Source: Antedon mediterranea
Taxonomy: Eukaryota; Animalia; Echinodermata
Assembly: GCF_964355755.1 (NCBI RefSeq)
Contig: NC_092675.1
Coordinates: forward strand, 10,907,812-10,971,811
Length of the DNA stretch: 64,000 bases
Direction: 5' to 3'
Position 1 is the first letter of the stretch. Each line of letters begins with the position of its first letter. This document shows, in pieces, positions 38,690 to 64,000 of the stretch. Both the position numbers and the translations under genes were made by a program. The notes beneath the pieces are model-generated. The model did not search any database, was not told where the DNA came from, and saw only the letters and a program-made list of their open reading frames with translations.

Positions 38690-38960
38690 CATGTCTCGCC
38701 TGTCCGGCCGGCTGATGAGTGAGAGATAAAATTTAATGTGCAGCAGTAAGACTGCAGCTGAGGGCCTGAGATCGAGAGCCGGATGTGATTGAAGTGTGAC
38801 AAAATGACGTGACCGATCATGAGATAGGGCGCCTCTCACGACGACGACAAGTAGCAAAGATAGTGTCACTATCTTTGCAAGTAGGAGGCGCGCGGGCGGC
38901 CGAGGCGCGGCAGCTAGCAGCGCCAGAGGCTTATACGACGCGCGACACCAGAGCCATATT
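38690..38960 (-). promoter_or_regulatory. Probable UGCG promoter / first non-coding exon region
   Basis: CpG-rich island (GGCGCGCGGGCGGCCGAGGCGCGG) in AT-rich DNA about 1.4-1.6 kb upstream of the first coding exon; TGACGTG at ~38805. TSS not determinable. Confidence 0.5.
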
Positions 38961-39068
38961 AATATTATTATTATTATTAATTATACTAACTTTTCTGGCT
39001 GTTTTATTTTATCGTTTTGATTTCGCCTTTTTTTTGTATCTCCATTGAGATCCAGCCAGTTTGCCAAA

Positions 39069-39867
39069 CGCTGTGGCTAAAGATACGGTACCGTATTCTA
39101 ACTTCTGTTTACTAAAGATACGGTAAAATTGCATTACGTCATAACCAGCCAATGGGGTGCTGGTACGTGTGTGACGTCATCGTATAAGGACTTTGTGGAT
39201 TTTTTTCATATCCCGAAAACCATGGAGGTATGGCGAAAACAGTGATCAACCGCATTTTCTTTATGCTTTTATTTATCGCTATTATCGCCGTCGTGTGTGA
39301 CAAAAACTAAATGTAGCCTACGTCTGTTATTATTATTGAAAAGCCATGTTGATTTTAATTCTAGAATAGAGAAAACCGTTTTAAAAGAGGCCTAGGCCTA
39401 CTTACTACGTCCTATGTATAACCTCATTATATGAGTTTGTTTGTGAAGGGAAAGCGATTCCAGGCTGTGGCCAGCTGCATATGTGTGCCTCGTCAGCCCT
39501 GGGGCTACACTGCTGTCTAAATCATAGTATTTAAGGGCTCCTTTATTGTCCGCATTTGCTTGTTGTTTATGGTCACCATTGTAAACAAAGTTTTAAAAAA
39601 ATATAGGCCTAAATAGGCCATTTGGAATAAAAATAAAACCCTCATCTGCAGCCCAGCACACACATCCACGCAGCCTTGCGCCGCCGATAGGAATTCTCTA
39701 CATATACAACCAACAACAGACGCGATATGAAAAAAAAATCCCAAGTCCTTATACGATGACGTCACACACGTAACAGCACCCCATTGGCTGATTATGACGT
39801 AATGCAATTTTACCGTACCTTTAGTAAACAGAAGTTAGAATACGGTACCGTATCTTTAGCCACGGCG
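39069..39867. mobile_element. Mutator (MULE)-type MITE, ~150-bp TIRs, 9-bp TSD
   Basis: Near-perfect TIRs CGCTGTGGCTAAAGATACGGTACCGTATTC.. (39069-~39212, ~39724-39867); TTTGCCAAA duplicated at 39060-39068 and 39868-39876. Confidence 0.9.
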
Positions 39868-40537
39868 TTTGCCAAAATCGGTCCGGGCTTTTCTTCTGTC
39901 GATTTTAATTGAATTACTAGCCTAGGCCTATGATGCTGTTTTAAGTTGTTTATGGCTAGAAAAATATCCCATGATATATATTAGTAAGTTATCTTGTCGG
40001 ATAAATACTATAAATAAATGTATTTTATCTAAAAACATGACTTAGGTGTTCACTCATATTTCGGCCTGCCACACACTCACACGAACGACGGGTATGAGAC
40101 GCTGATATTGCCAGCTAGATTTTATTTATGATTGAGTCCTTTTTCCTTCCTCAGCCTAATCAGGGAGTTGAACAACTCCCTGGCCTAATCAATATTGGAT
40201 AATTGTTTTATAATAATTGTATTGAATTGATATATTGATTGATTAACCATAAATAATTAATATATTAAATTGTTTTTAACATCATGGGGAAACGAAGATG
40301 TTAAAAAAGAACAAAATGGATTAAAAACAGGCAGAGATACATATTGTATACAAAAAGCCTAACAATTAGTACTAATTATTGATGAGTTACTACTAATAAT
40401 GATAATAAAAAAAACAGGCTTAATTTATAATATTAAAATAACAAATAAAACCCCGTAGTTTTCAATATAATGACTAATCATGGCCTTTTTTAATGATACA
40501 GTATATACATTATGACTCATTTTGCACACCATATATT

Positions 40538-40718
40538 TGTTAAACCGGACCATATTTGGCGGCCAAAAACGGTCCTACTGCCCGGACCGATTTTATTTAG
40601 GCCGGACCAGTGGCGGCCAAAATTTTTTTGGCAGCCATAAATGGTCCCCCGGACTGATTTTGGCAGCCAAAACTGGTCCGCCGGACCGATTTTGGCCCGG
40701 ACTGATTTTGGTGTGACA
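40538..40718. mobile_element. Right end of a TGT..ACA-type (Ginger-like) element with repeated GGACC motifs
   Basis: Repeated CCGGACYGATTTTGG ending GTGTGACA; inverted copy CCAAAATCGGTCCGGG at ~39872. Confidence 0.5.
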
Positions 40719-40721
40719 GTA

Positions 40722-41925
40722 CCATGGTTCTTCCTGATTTCTCCAAGGCCTTAGATCTTATCGACCATACCATCCTTGTTAATAAGATCATTGATATTGG
40801 TGTCAAGGGGCTTTGGTACCATGGTTGTGTGATTTTCTTTTTATGCGTATGCAGTGTGTTAAATATAATGGTACCTTATCTAATTACTCTTACTTAAAAG
40901 CTGGTATCCCACAGGAAACCAAGTTAGGCCCTTTATGTTTTCAGATCATGATCAATGATGCTGGTTCAAATTCTAAAACTAAGTATATGAAATATGTAGA
41001 TGATCTTACGTTTTGTGAAAATCGTAAAGCTCTCATTGCCTGGTTTTTTACAAGATGATCTTAATTCTTTTTTCCGCTGGTGTAACGACAATTGTTTAGT
41101 AACCCCAAAAGATGTCAAGCCCTTAAGGTGTGTTTCAGTTCTACCCAACCTTCACACTTTGACATACACTTGGGAACTGATAAGCTCCAATATGTTAATA
41201 GGGCCAAGATCCTGGGAGTTTTTTTTTTCAAGACAACCTTAACTGGGACTGTCATATTGATTCCATCATCACTAAAGCTTCCAGGAAACTTTTCTTTTTA
41301 CGATCACTAAAACGATTTGGTTTTAACATTGAAGAGCTTAAATTGACCTTTTGTGGTTATATTAGACCAGTTGTTGAGTATGCTGATGTTGTTTGGCATT
41401 CTGGCTTTACTTGTAGATTAAGCGATTGTATTGAAAATGTACAAAAGAGGGTTGCCGTATAATGTTAGGCAACGATTATTTTTCTTACTCTGGTGCCCTT
41501 GAATTTCTTAAATTAGAGACTTTGGCTCAAAGAAGGGTGGAGCATTGTCGCAAGTTCGCTAAGTATCTCCCCAAAATTAAACAAACAGCTGATTTAATCC
41601 CACCGACCAGACATAGCTGTCATGGTAGGAATTTAAGAAATAAAAACAAAATTACCCAGCTAGCGTCTAAAACATCCAGATTTACTAATAGCCCCATACC
41701 CTACTTCATCAAATTATTAAATTCTTAATTTTCTCCCCTGCGAGCTTGCGACTGCTCTCCCCTTCTTTGTTGTTTTTTGTTGTTTTTTATTTTATATTTT
41801 TTTATTCTGTAGGCCTATATATATTTTTGCTATGATATGTATTTTACACGCAATTTGGCTCTTAGCCACGAGTTGTAATTTTGGTCGATTTTTGAAATTT
41901 GAAATAAAAGTGAATAATAAATAAG
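40722..41925 (+). mobile_element. CR1/L2-group LINE, 5'-truncated and frameshifted
   Basis: DFSKALDLIDHTIL, GIPQETKLGPLCFQIMIND..KYVDDL, IRPVVEYADVVWH, TLAQRR..C.KFA, RFTNSPIPYFIKLLN*, then an AATAAA-rich tail. Confidence 0.9.
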
Positions 41926-42204
41926 AGGGTTGGATTGCAGTTATTTTTTTTATCTTTTAAGATACAAACAGCATAACAATGAAAAGGAATGATTTCTTTT
42001 TTTATATCATATTAATTCATCTTTTTCCATTTAACAGGTTCTCCCAATAGGTTCAGATATATTATTTTTAAATTCGTAGGCCTAAGTGTCTATTAAACAT
42101 GAATAGAAAGTAGTACTTCTGCATCATTTGCCATTATTTTCGTGTTATTAGGATGTAGAAATCGGACATTATCAGTATTTATTTTTATGTATTTTTGCAT
42201 ATTT

Positions 42205-42293
42205 CTATTGTAGGGCCCTCGTGAGACAAGCTATTGCTTCTAGTGCGGGCCCCAGTTATTGCCAAATAACTAAATGTGTATGAATGAATGAAT
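42205..42293 (+). mobile_element. L2-type LINE/SINE 3' tail
   Basis: GGGCCC..GGGCCC stem followed by (TGAA)n. Confidence 0.45.
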
Positions 42294-42424
42294 CTGAGGT
42301 CATATTTTAAATGGCCTCAAATCTTGCGAATTATTTATATGAGTTACAATACCAAATGTCATGCTGTTAACCAAATTTGAAGTATCGACTCCTTTTTTTT
42401 AAGCTAAGGAACATCACTACTATT

Positions 42425-44735
42425 TTTTGTCTTTTACAACCTATGGTTTGTCTTTTACAAACTATAGTTTTGTCTTTTAAAAACTATGGTTTTGTCTTTT
42501 ACAAACTATAGTTTTGTCTTTTAAAAACTATAGTTTTGTCTTTTAAAAACTATGGTTTTGTCTTTTACAAACTATGGTTTTGTCTTTTACAAACTATAGT
42601 TTTGTCTTTTAAAAACTATAGTTTTGTTTTTAAAAACTATGGTTTTGTCTTTTACAAACAATGTTTTTGTCTTTTACAAACAATGTTTTTGTCTTTTAGA
42701 AACTATAGTTTTGTCTTTTACAAACAATGTTTTTGTCTTTTACAAACTATGGTTTTGTCTTTTACAAACAATGTTTTTGTCTTTTACAAACAATGTTTTT
42801 GTCTTTTACAAACTATGGTTTGTCTTTTACAAACAATGTTTTTGTCTTTTACAAACTATGGTTTTGTCTTTTACAAACTATGTTTTTGTCTTTTACAAAC
42901 TATGGTTTGTCTTTTACAAACTATGGTTTTGTCTTTTACAAACAATGTTTTTGTCTTTTACAAACTATGGTTTTGTCTTTTACAAACTATGGTTTGTCTT
43001 TTACAAACAATGGTTTTGTCTTTTACAAACTATGGTTTTGTCTTTTACAAACTATGGTTTTGTCTTTTACAAACTATGGTTTGTCTTTTACAACCTATGG
43101 TTTTGTCTTTTACAAACTATGGTTTTGTCTTTTACAAACTATGGTTTTGTCTTTTACAAACAATGTTTTTGTCTTTTAAAAACTATAGTTTTGTCTTTTA
43201 AAAACTATGGTTTTGTCTTTTACAAACAATGTTTTTGTCTTTTACAAACTAGCCTATGGTTTTGTCTTTTACAAACTATAGTTTTGTCTTTTACAAACTA
43301 TGGTTTTGTCTTTTACAAACTATGGTTTTGTCTTTTACAAACTATGGTTTTGTCTTTTACAACCTATGGTTTTGTCTTTTACAAACTATGGTTTTGTCTT
43401 TTACAACCTATAGTTTTGTCTTTTACAAACTATGGTTTTTGTCTTTTACAAACTAGCCTATGGTTTTGTCTTTTACAAACTATAGTTTTGTCTTTTACAA
43501 ACTATGGTTTTGTCTTTTACAAACTATGGTTTTGTCTTTTACAAACTATGGTTTTGTCTTTTACAAACTATGGTTTTGTCTTTTACAACCTATAGTTTTG
43601 TCTTTTACAAACTATGGTTTTGTCTTTTACAACCTATGGTTTTGTCTTTTACAAACTATGGTTTTGTCTTTTACAAACTATGGTTTTGTCTTTTACAACC
43701 TATGGTTTTGTCTTTTACAAACAATGGTTTGTCTTTTACAAACAATGGTTTGTCTTTTACAAACAATGGTTTGTCTTTTACAAACAATGGTTTGTCTTTT
43801 AAAAACTATGGTTTGTCTTTTACAAACAATGGTTTGTCTTTTAAAAACTATGGTTTGTCTTTTACAAACAATGTTTTTGTCTTTTACAAACTATGGTTTG
43901 TCTTTTACAAACAATGGTTTTGTCTTTTACAAACTATAGTTTTGTCTTTTACAAACTATGGTTTTGTCTTTTACAAACTATGTTTTTGTCTTGAAAAAAA
44001 TATGGTTTTGTCTTTTACAAACTATGGTTTGTCTTTTACAAACAATGTTTTTGTCTTTTACAAACTATGGTTTGTCTTTTACAAACAATGTTTTTGTCTT
44101 TTACAAACTATGGTTTGTCTTTTACAAACAATGTTTTTGTCTTTTACAAACTATGGTTTGTCTTTTACAAACAATGGTTTTGTCTTTTACAAACTATGGT
44201 TTGTCTTTTACAAACAATGGTTTGTCTTTTACAAACTATGTTTTTGTCTTGAAAAAAATATGGTTTTGTCTTTTACAAACTATGGTTTGTCTTTTACAAA
44301 CAATGTTTGTCTTTTACAAACTATGGTTTGTCTTTTACAAACTATGGTTTGTCTTTTACAAACTATGGTTTGTCTTTTACAAACTATAGTTTTGTCTTTT
44401 ACAAACTATGGTTTGTCTTTTACAAACTATGGTTTTGTCTTTTACAAACAATGGTTTGTCTTTTACAAACAATGGTTTGTCTTTTACAAACTATGGTTTG
44501 TCTTTTACAAACAATGGTTTGTCTTTTACAAACAATGGTTTGTCTTTTACAAACTATGGTTTTGTCTTTTACAAACAATGGTTTGTCTTTTACAAACTAT
44601 GTTTTTGTCTTGAAAAAAATATGGTTTTGTCTTTTAAAAACTATGGTTTGTCTTTTAAAAACTATGGTTTTGTCTTTTACAAACTATGTTTTTGTCTTTA
44701 AAAAAATATGGTTTTGTTTTTTACAAACTATGGTT
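42425..44735. repeat. Tandem array (~2.3 kb, ~105 units) of 21/22-bp GGTTT(T)GTCTTTTACAAACTAT
   Basis: Directly visible periodicity; variants AAACAAT, CAACCTAT, AAAAACTAT. It explains all long ORFs at 42536-44819. Confidence 0.98.
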
Positions 44736-46786
44736 GACCTGGACGCGATTTTTGTTCGTTGTGACTTTCGTCACGCAATATATTTTAAGACAAACCATGG
44801 TTTATTTTGTCAACAATAGACAAGCAATTGTTTTACAAACAAAAACAATTTAAACAAACCATTTGTCTTTATCTCTTTTTACCAATTACAACCACTATAT
44901 TGTCTTTTTACAAACCATGGTAGTTTGTCGGATGGCGCCTCGCATTACAAACATAGTATCATGAGATGTTTTGCAGTTATAAAGATTTATTGTTATATAC
45001 TTTGAAACTTCAGAACCACCAAGCCTAAATCTGATTGAGACAAAAAATTATTATAATTTAACATTGAATTTTGTTTTTTATTTAAAAAAACTAAAACAGT
45101 TTCAAACCAATGACTGTAACTGTTCCTTGCTAGAAAATGGATTAAAGCTTTTTCTGGCCAACAAAAAAAAAGAGAAAGTGAGAAAATATTATATTGGTAC
45201 ATTTTTATATAATAAGGTATTGAACGCATGACAACTGAAATGATTTGCATACCTTCTCTAGATTTAGTATAATGTAGAAATCGGCCTAGTTTGAATTAAA
45301 ATAAACAATAGTATACAATATAGAAATAAACAATAACTATTCAAAATAAATATGATACAAAATGATTGGAAAGTCGATTTCTACATAATCACATTCACTA
45401 TATCAATATTACGGACAAGTCACTGACGATTAGTAGAAGGTTGATTAAATCTTTTGCGTCAAAAAAGGAAATTTTATAAACAAATTCAGTGCTCTGCAAC
45501 TACACGAGTAAAACGCATTGGCATCAACAAGCAACAGAAAACCAATTTGGCTACTGGCAAGCTTTGGGGAAGAATAGCAAATAATAAAACAATAACAAAA
45601 AACACTTATATCATATGTTAGGCAGCTTATGTCTGCTTTAAATTCTTTCCTAAAAAAAACCCCAAAATGTACTGAAAAATGATAATTATTATTATTATAA
45701 AAGCTCTGCAATTTCTTTTTGACTGTTTAACTTTTATTGTTTTGATTTTACAATGTTTTGTTTACTTGATTTGTACCCATAGAGATCCAGCCACGGATAC
45801 CCACAGCATTGTCATTTTTAAAGTAATTATCCTTTGGATTGAAATAATAAAACTTATTCCTTGATTGAGTAGATGTCTGCATTTTGTACATATACCGTAA
45901 TAACAAGTGTCAAATGAGTTGTTTGGATGAGTTAACAAATAAATGCATATCCAGAATAATGATTTTCAAATCCGCTGATAAGCAATAACAATTTTTTAAA
46001 AAGATTAAATAAATGTGTCTAAAACTAAGAGATGTTAAGACTTTATGATTTACACATGCAATGTCTGTGTGTGGTGTAAACTTTTAGACACACCAGCTGT
46101 TTCAAAAACCCAAGTCATGAGGTGGATTTTTTAATTTGCACCTTAAACCTGATTAGAAAGGTAAGGAGAAATTTGACCTTGATATTGTAAAAAATGCTTA
46201 AAATATGAACTTGCTGGGTAATTTTTTTTTATTTTACATGTGTACATTTTCGTAGTCAGACCAGTTCTGGTTAGTCCCAAGAGTAATTTAGGTTAAAGGT
46301 GTAATTGAGTTTAAAGTCTAAACACAGCCTAATATTTAATATTTTTTAATATTTAATATTTAATTTAATGTTTATAATAGAACTATTGAATTACAATACA
46401 GTAAATTTGAATGCAAAAATGTTCTGCAATACTGAAGCAATATTATTTTTATTTTTCTTTCATAAGCACATTGTTTTTACCTACAATTATGTTTTGTACC
46501 TGTATTGTTATCTTTCAGTTTCTAAATTTTATAATCATTAGCTATCACAATTGTTTTAATTAAAATCACATTTAACATAACAAAAAAATCATCATTAAAA
46601 AGAACATTACAATACTCCATCTTTTTAATTGTTAATATAGTAAACTACTGTGTGAGCTATACAGTTTTAATTAGCATAACTTAATTTATTACGTTTATTA
46701 TGTCCATTTTATATTTATACTGCTGCATAAATTAATGAACAAAGTATAGTTGACAAGTTCATGTTGATTAGAATCAGCACATGTTT

Positions 46787-59595
<12,809 letters not shown>

Positions 59596-59775
59596 TTATT
59601 ACTACTTAGCTAACTGGACGCTTTGAACACCACATAAATGGTAGAAGTCATAAATCAAAATTGAAAAATTTTGAAACACTTAAAATGTCCTGAACCATGC
59701 TCAAATCTGATTAGATATTGATTTTAATCATTTTAACATTTGTTGTGCTTATACAGCACGGCTGTTTTATAGCGA

Positions 59776-60835
59776 CATAAAGTAGTGAGCCCACTGTAGG
59801 TGAAACTGAAATATTTTCTAAATTAAGGGTGCTATACAAATGCGGAAACGAGTTGTTTTTATTAGGCGAAAATGATTACAATGAATCAGAAGCACAGTAG
59901 TTAGGTACAGGTACTACTGAACTTTTTTTATGTACAGTAGGGCTAGGCTAGATCGGTTTTTGTTTAGGCCTATATTAAATAACCAAAAAGAAATTTGACC
60001 AACTCCTGGAACTCCAACAGGATAGCAAGCCTACACTTTTCTTAATAAATAATTAATAAAATTATAAATGACCTTTTATGAAAATAGCTAGGCCAAGGCA
60101 ATATAAATCTGGTGAATAAAGAAAATAATTAAAATACAATATACAATCGTGTGACATTGTCAGTGTCACTTGCATTATTTTATTCATGTATTGCACAATA
60201 CATGGAAAAAAAGAAAAAAATTAAACTAACAAACTTCTCCTTCCTTTTTTGAAAAAGTCCGGACGAGAAACATGTATATTTTATTATTTGGCCGTAAAGG
60301 GGTTGTTAACTATAAAACATTTGAAGAGGGCCCCTTGGACAAACTGAAAAGGTTACCCTCTTTAAAGATGATTGGAAAAAAAATTATAAGGGTCTCATAT
60401 CGGGATAAAACTGTTTTTAGCACTAAAATAATTAAATATTTTTCTTAGTAACAAGCACATGGTATGTGGAACTATATTATCTTGGTTTAGGAATAAAAAC
60501 ATTTTGAGGTCATAAAGTAGTGAGCCCACTGTAGGTGAAACTGAAATATTTTCTAAATTAAGGGTGCTATACAAATGCGGAAACGAGTTGTTTTTATTAG
60601 GCGAAAATGATTACAATGAATCAGAAGCACAGTAGTTAGGTACAGGTACTACTGAACTTTTTTTATGTACAGTAGGGCTAGGCTAGATCGGTTTTTGTTT
60701 AGGCCTATATTAAATAACCAAAAAGAAATTTGACCAACTCCTGGAACTCCAACAGAATAGCAAGCCTACACTTTTCTTAATAAATAATTAATAAAATTAT
60801 AAATGACCTTTTATGAAAATAGCTAGGCCAAGGCA
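59776..60835. repeat. 325-bp near-perfect direct duplication separated by 410 bp
   Basis: 59776-60100 and 60511-60835 are identical apart from one visible substitution (CAGGATAG vs CAGAATAG). Confidence 0.95.
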
Positions 60836-61061
60836 TATATAGTATACAACTACAAAAATAAGGTTGAAAATGGTACAGTAGGTCACTGAGCCGTTAGAGG
60901 GTTTCGCAACTAGATGAAATTGACAACAATCTTTTAAATCCACATTATTAACATGTTGGTTGGATGAAATTCATAATGTTCAAGTTCCATTGATAAAACG
61001 CTAAGCTGGAAACACCATATTGAATATACTCGTGCGAAGGCTCTAAAAGGTTTAGGTATGC

Positions 61062-62654
61062 TTAAAGGGGGGTTCCGGGTTTAAAATAAATAGTAAAAAA
61101 TGTAAAATATATTTGTTTGTCTCTTGAACAGTAAAAGTTTCAATTTATATAAGCGCCCAGTGAAGCAAAACGAAGGCTGTGAAATGAGGCCAGATTACAA
61201 GTGCAGCTACGGCAAAATCACACTGTGGTTACAGAATAGGAAATTCGTGAAATGGTCAATGTTCCGACGACTCGTTATCATTAACCATATCAATTACTTT
61301 TGTAAAATTATACTTATCTGATGTAATTTTAGTCGGTCTTCCCATTTATAAAGTAAATTTTCTATGAAAATCCATCAAAACAGTGAAAAATTAGAAAGGT
61401 TTGCACTTTACGTTTGCCGATTTTCGCACTGACTTAGGGAAAGCCTTCAAAATCAATGAAGCGTAACGTATACATTCCTGCTGAGCGAGACGACGATACA
61501 CGTGCTCTCTCTGCCCCATGCCTGGCATCGTCACGTGATAAGCAGATACAGTATACAATACCAAACTGGTCGGGTCGAGTATACCCCGTCTATTAAATCA
61601 CAACATGAACGATGTACAGTATTTGATTGAAGGTCGACTCGACCTACCGGAATGGTATAGATAATATAGCTCGAATGAGAGAGTTGGAATATTTGTATAA
61701 ACATAAGTATTGCTAATTTTAACAAGTGTAGCCTATAGTAAAAGGCCTGGCAGTATCAATTCGCATAGGGTCTACTACACTAGCTAGCTCAATTTTTATC
61801 TGGGCCGGATCGGCTAGGAGGTCTACTTGCTTGATGCAGTATCCGCTTTTTTGGAGAGTAAACTAGGCCTAGGCCTATTTTAGGCCTACTTATTAATTAG
61901 ACGATCGGGACACCATACGTGCGGACGGCGATCGGACCTTGTTTTGCCTCAATATTTACAGCCAATTTTGTAGAACGTTTTAGCTTTAGATTGTTTAGGA
62001 GTTTGGTTGATAGGATGGGTTTGGAATCCACTGAGTTTTGTTATTTATGGGCCAATCGTTTAGTAGTAGGCTAGCTAGGCCCATGATGGCCCCAATGTTT
62101 TAACGTAGCCATCGTGGCATGGAATCCCTTAGTCAGAAATGGCTCTCACCCATGAATAAAATGATTTAGGCTAGGCCTAGCCTAGTACGTGAAGCCGATA
62201 TACGATCTGTACTATTCGAGGTATAAAAATAGTATAATTTATGACTCCGTAATCTGTACTAAATTTTGTATTTCAATTTCATTAAATGTCAAATAAATAT
62301 ATGCTACACTTTAGGCCCAGCTAATAGAAAATCTAAAAAAATGTATTTCACAATGATCGGGTGGTCGTCGTTTGACAGGGGAGAGAGAACACAACGTACA
62401 AGAAGCTTGACGTCGCGAGTTTGGAATCCACTGATGACGTGATTTTGTGAATATCTCATGAATATTAATGAGCTTCCCTAAGCTGCTGAAAAACAGACTT
62501 TCCATGAATTTACCCTAAAATGTATATGAAATTTAATTTTTTTAATTTCTCGTTATTACTTCTTCATTCTGACATGTCTATATTGTTATAATATTTTTTA
62601 TTTAATAAATAAACGATATTTAAAAGCAATTTTAAACCCAGAATCCCCCTTTAA
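61062..62654. mobile_element. TTAA-flanked non-autonomous element (Kolobok-like), 1.6 kb
   Basis: TTAAAGGGGGGTTCCGGGTTTAAAA / TTTTAAACCCAGAATCCCCCTTTAA. Confidence 0.85.
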
Positions 62655-62659
62655 ACGAT

Positions 62660-63170
62660 GTAGACACATTTTTCAAAATAATATACAGTATTAGGAAATA
62701 TTGCAAATTCTATTATTATTCCACATCTAACTTATTGTAGTGTAATCTGGGGTAATTGTGGCTCGAGCTTTCTAAAAAGAGTACAAACTGTACAAAATAG
62801 AACAGCCCGAATCATATTTGGCCTATCTTGGGACACACCAAGTAAAGATGCACTTCAGCAAGTAAATTGGCTTACCCTCTCAACTAAAGATGAGTATGAA
62901 TGTTGCATGTTAATTTATAAAGTTATGACGGGGCGTGCACCCACATATCTATCAAATCTGGTTTTAAACAAAATAATTTCAAATATAACTTTAGACATTA
63001 TGATACAAACCTCTAGGTTCCGAAACCTCACACTGAGTATAAAAAACATAGTATTTCTTATAGGGAGGTTATAACTTGGAATAAACATAATATTGATATC
63101 AATAAGATGCCACAATCTCTGAACGTATTCAAAATAGAAATTGCAAACATACTTAAACAGGAAGCCTAGT
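62660..63170 (+). mobile_element. Decayed CR1/L2-group LINE C-terminus
   Basis: PHLTYCSVIWGNC..LKRVQTVQNRTARI, IYKVMTGRAPTYL, PKPHTEYKK.SISYR...WN. Confidence 0.8.
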
Positions 63171-63196
63171 GCTGTATATTTTATAAATTCTTTCTT

Positions 63197-64000
63197 TTAA
63201 CCCCTTCTCTGCGTATACCCGGTACTACCGGGTATAAACAGACGTCGTTGAAATACATATACACGGTAATACCGGGTATGGGCAACACAATGATTTAATC
63301 ATACAGTATTTGCCTATAATATATAGCACCCTCTATATTCTTTCGATGAACTTGAATATTTTTGCAAGTCATTAAAAATATTTTCCAGCAAAGAAAACGG
63401 CCCTCTATAGTTGTATTATCGTCTTGAAAATAATGCGCCCTCTATAGTTATATTATATATAATAGTACAGTATTTCTATCTTGGAAAGTTGTTTTGAGTA
63501 GCGTAATGGCGGCCATTTTGAAAGTAACACAAATTTACCAGCCCCAATAGGGCAACATGGTGTTTATCACAACACGCAAAAAAAAAAATTCTGAAACAAT
63601 AGTTAGTTTTTGTACTATAGTGAATTTTTGGAAACTGTCATTATTTTCACGATTTTGCCCCAAAACTTTGATTTGTGCATAATTTTTATAAAACAATAAA
63701 ATAATTCAATTTTTTTAAATATTTTTATTTGTTATACATATCTTTATAAATATCCAGTTGGAAAAACGTATTCCATAAGAATTTCTTATAGAAAATATAG
63801 TTTTTATCATTGGTTCAATAAAAAACACGAAATCCAGAATACCTGTAATGACGTCACATGACATCAATAATGCAAATTTTTCACGCTGCTGCTCTAGCCC
63901 GCTACGTCCCATTAGGACTACTCAATCAGAAGCTAAAGCAAGCAGCAGTTATAGTTCTAAGGACAGACAGTTTTGTGAAAATGGAAACTCCACTATGATT
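63197..64000. mobile_element. Probable piggyBac-like element left end, running off the window
   Basis: TTAA-CCCCTT start, TACCCGGTA/TACCGGGTA palindromic repeats and three CCCTCTATA repeats; other end not visible. Confidence 0.45.

Noticed and set aside
38809-39048. 79-aa ORF with hydrophobic tail at the UGCG promoter
   Set aside because: GTG start; the hydrophobic run comes from a (TTA)n microsatellite; no splice or family support.
42425-44735. CRISPR-like GTTT..AAAC repeat
   Set aside because: No unique spacers, no cas genes, eukaryotic context.
42536-44819. Long ORFs (up to 369 aa) with repeating FTNYGFVFYKLWFCLLQTMVLS
   Set aside because: All three frames give the same cyclic peptide because the 22-bp unit mostly lacks stops; artefact of the satellite.
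59776-60835. LTR/TRIM retroelement
   Set aside because: No TG..CA termini, PBS, PPT or flanking 4-6-bp TSD seen.
63538-63560. Candidate VCP first exon ATGTTGCCCTATTGGGGCTG|GTAAAT
   Set aside because: Splicing to 59563 creates TGA, and it lies in a repeat. The ATGG|GTGAG at ~62150 has the wrong phase.

Overview
AT-rich, intron-rich animal genomic DNA, not prokaryotic. The TAGGCCTA-rich introns and near-vertebrate intron positions suggest an invertebrate deuterostome such as an echinoderm (inference). Three spliced protein-coding genes were assembled by hand with GT-AG boundaries and consistent phases. (1) The last 6 exons of a vitellogenin-family (VWD + Cys-rich C-terminus) gene, + strand, 1791-4567. 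(2) A complete 9-coding-exon ceramide glucosyltransferase (UGCG, 417 aa), - strand, 37291-10885. (3) VCP/p97, - strand, 15 exons from 59563 to 46787; its short first exon was not found in the window. The rest is intron and intergenic DNA dense in transposon relics: RTE, Rex1/Babar-like and L2/CR1 LINE fragments; hAT-, MULE-, Harbinger- and TTAA-type non-autonomous elements; Helentron-associated (HINE-like) elements; and a ~2.3-kb 21/22-bp tandem array. I found no strong evidence for a wholly new biological system. The best leads are recurrent locally templated insertions flanked by direct duplications, a HINE carrying an antisense tRNA-like Pol III cassette, a Thr-to-Val change in the p97 D1 Walker A, a CRE/CCAAT-bearing MULE MITE beside the UGCG promoter, and the structured satellite.
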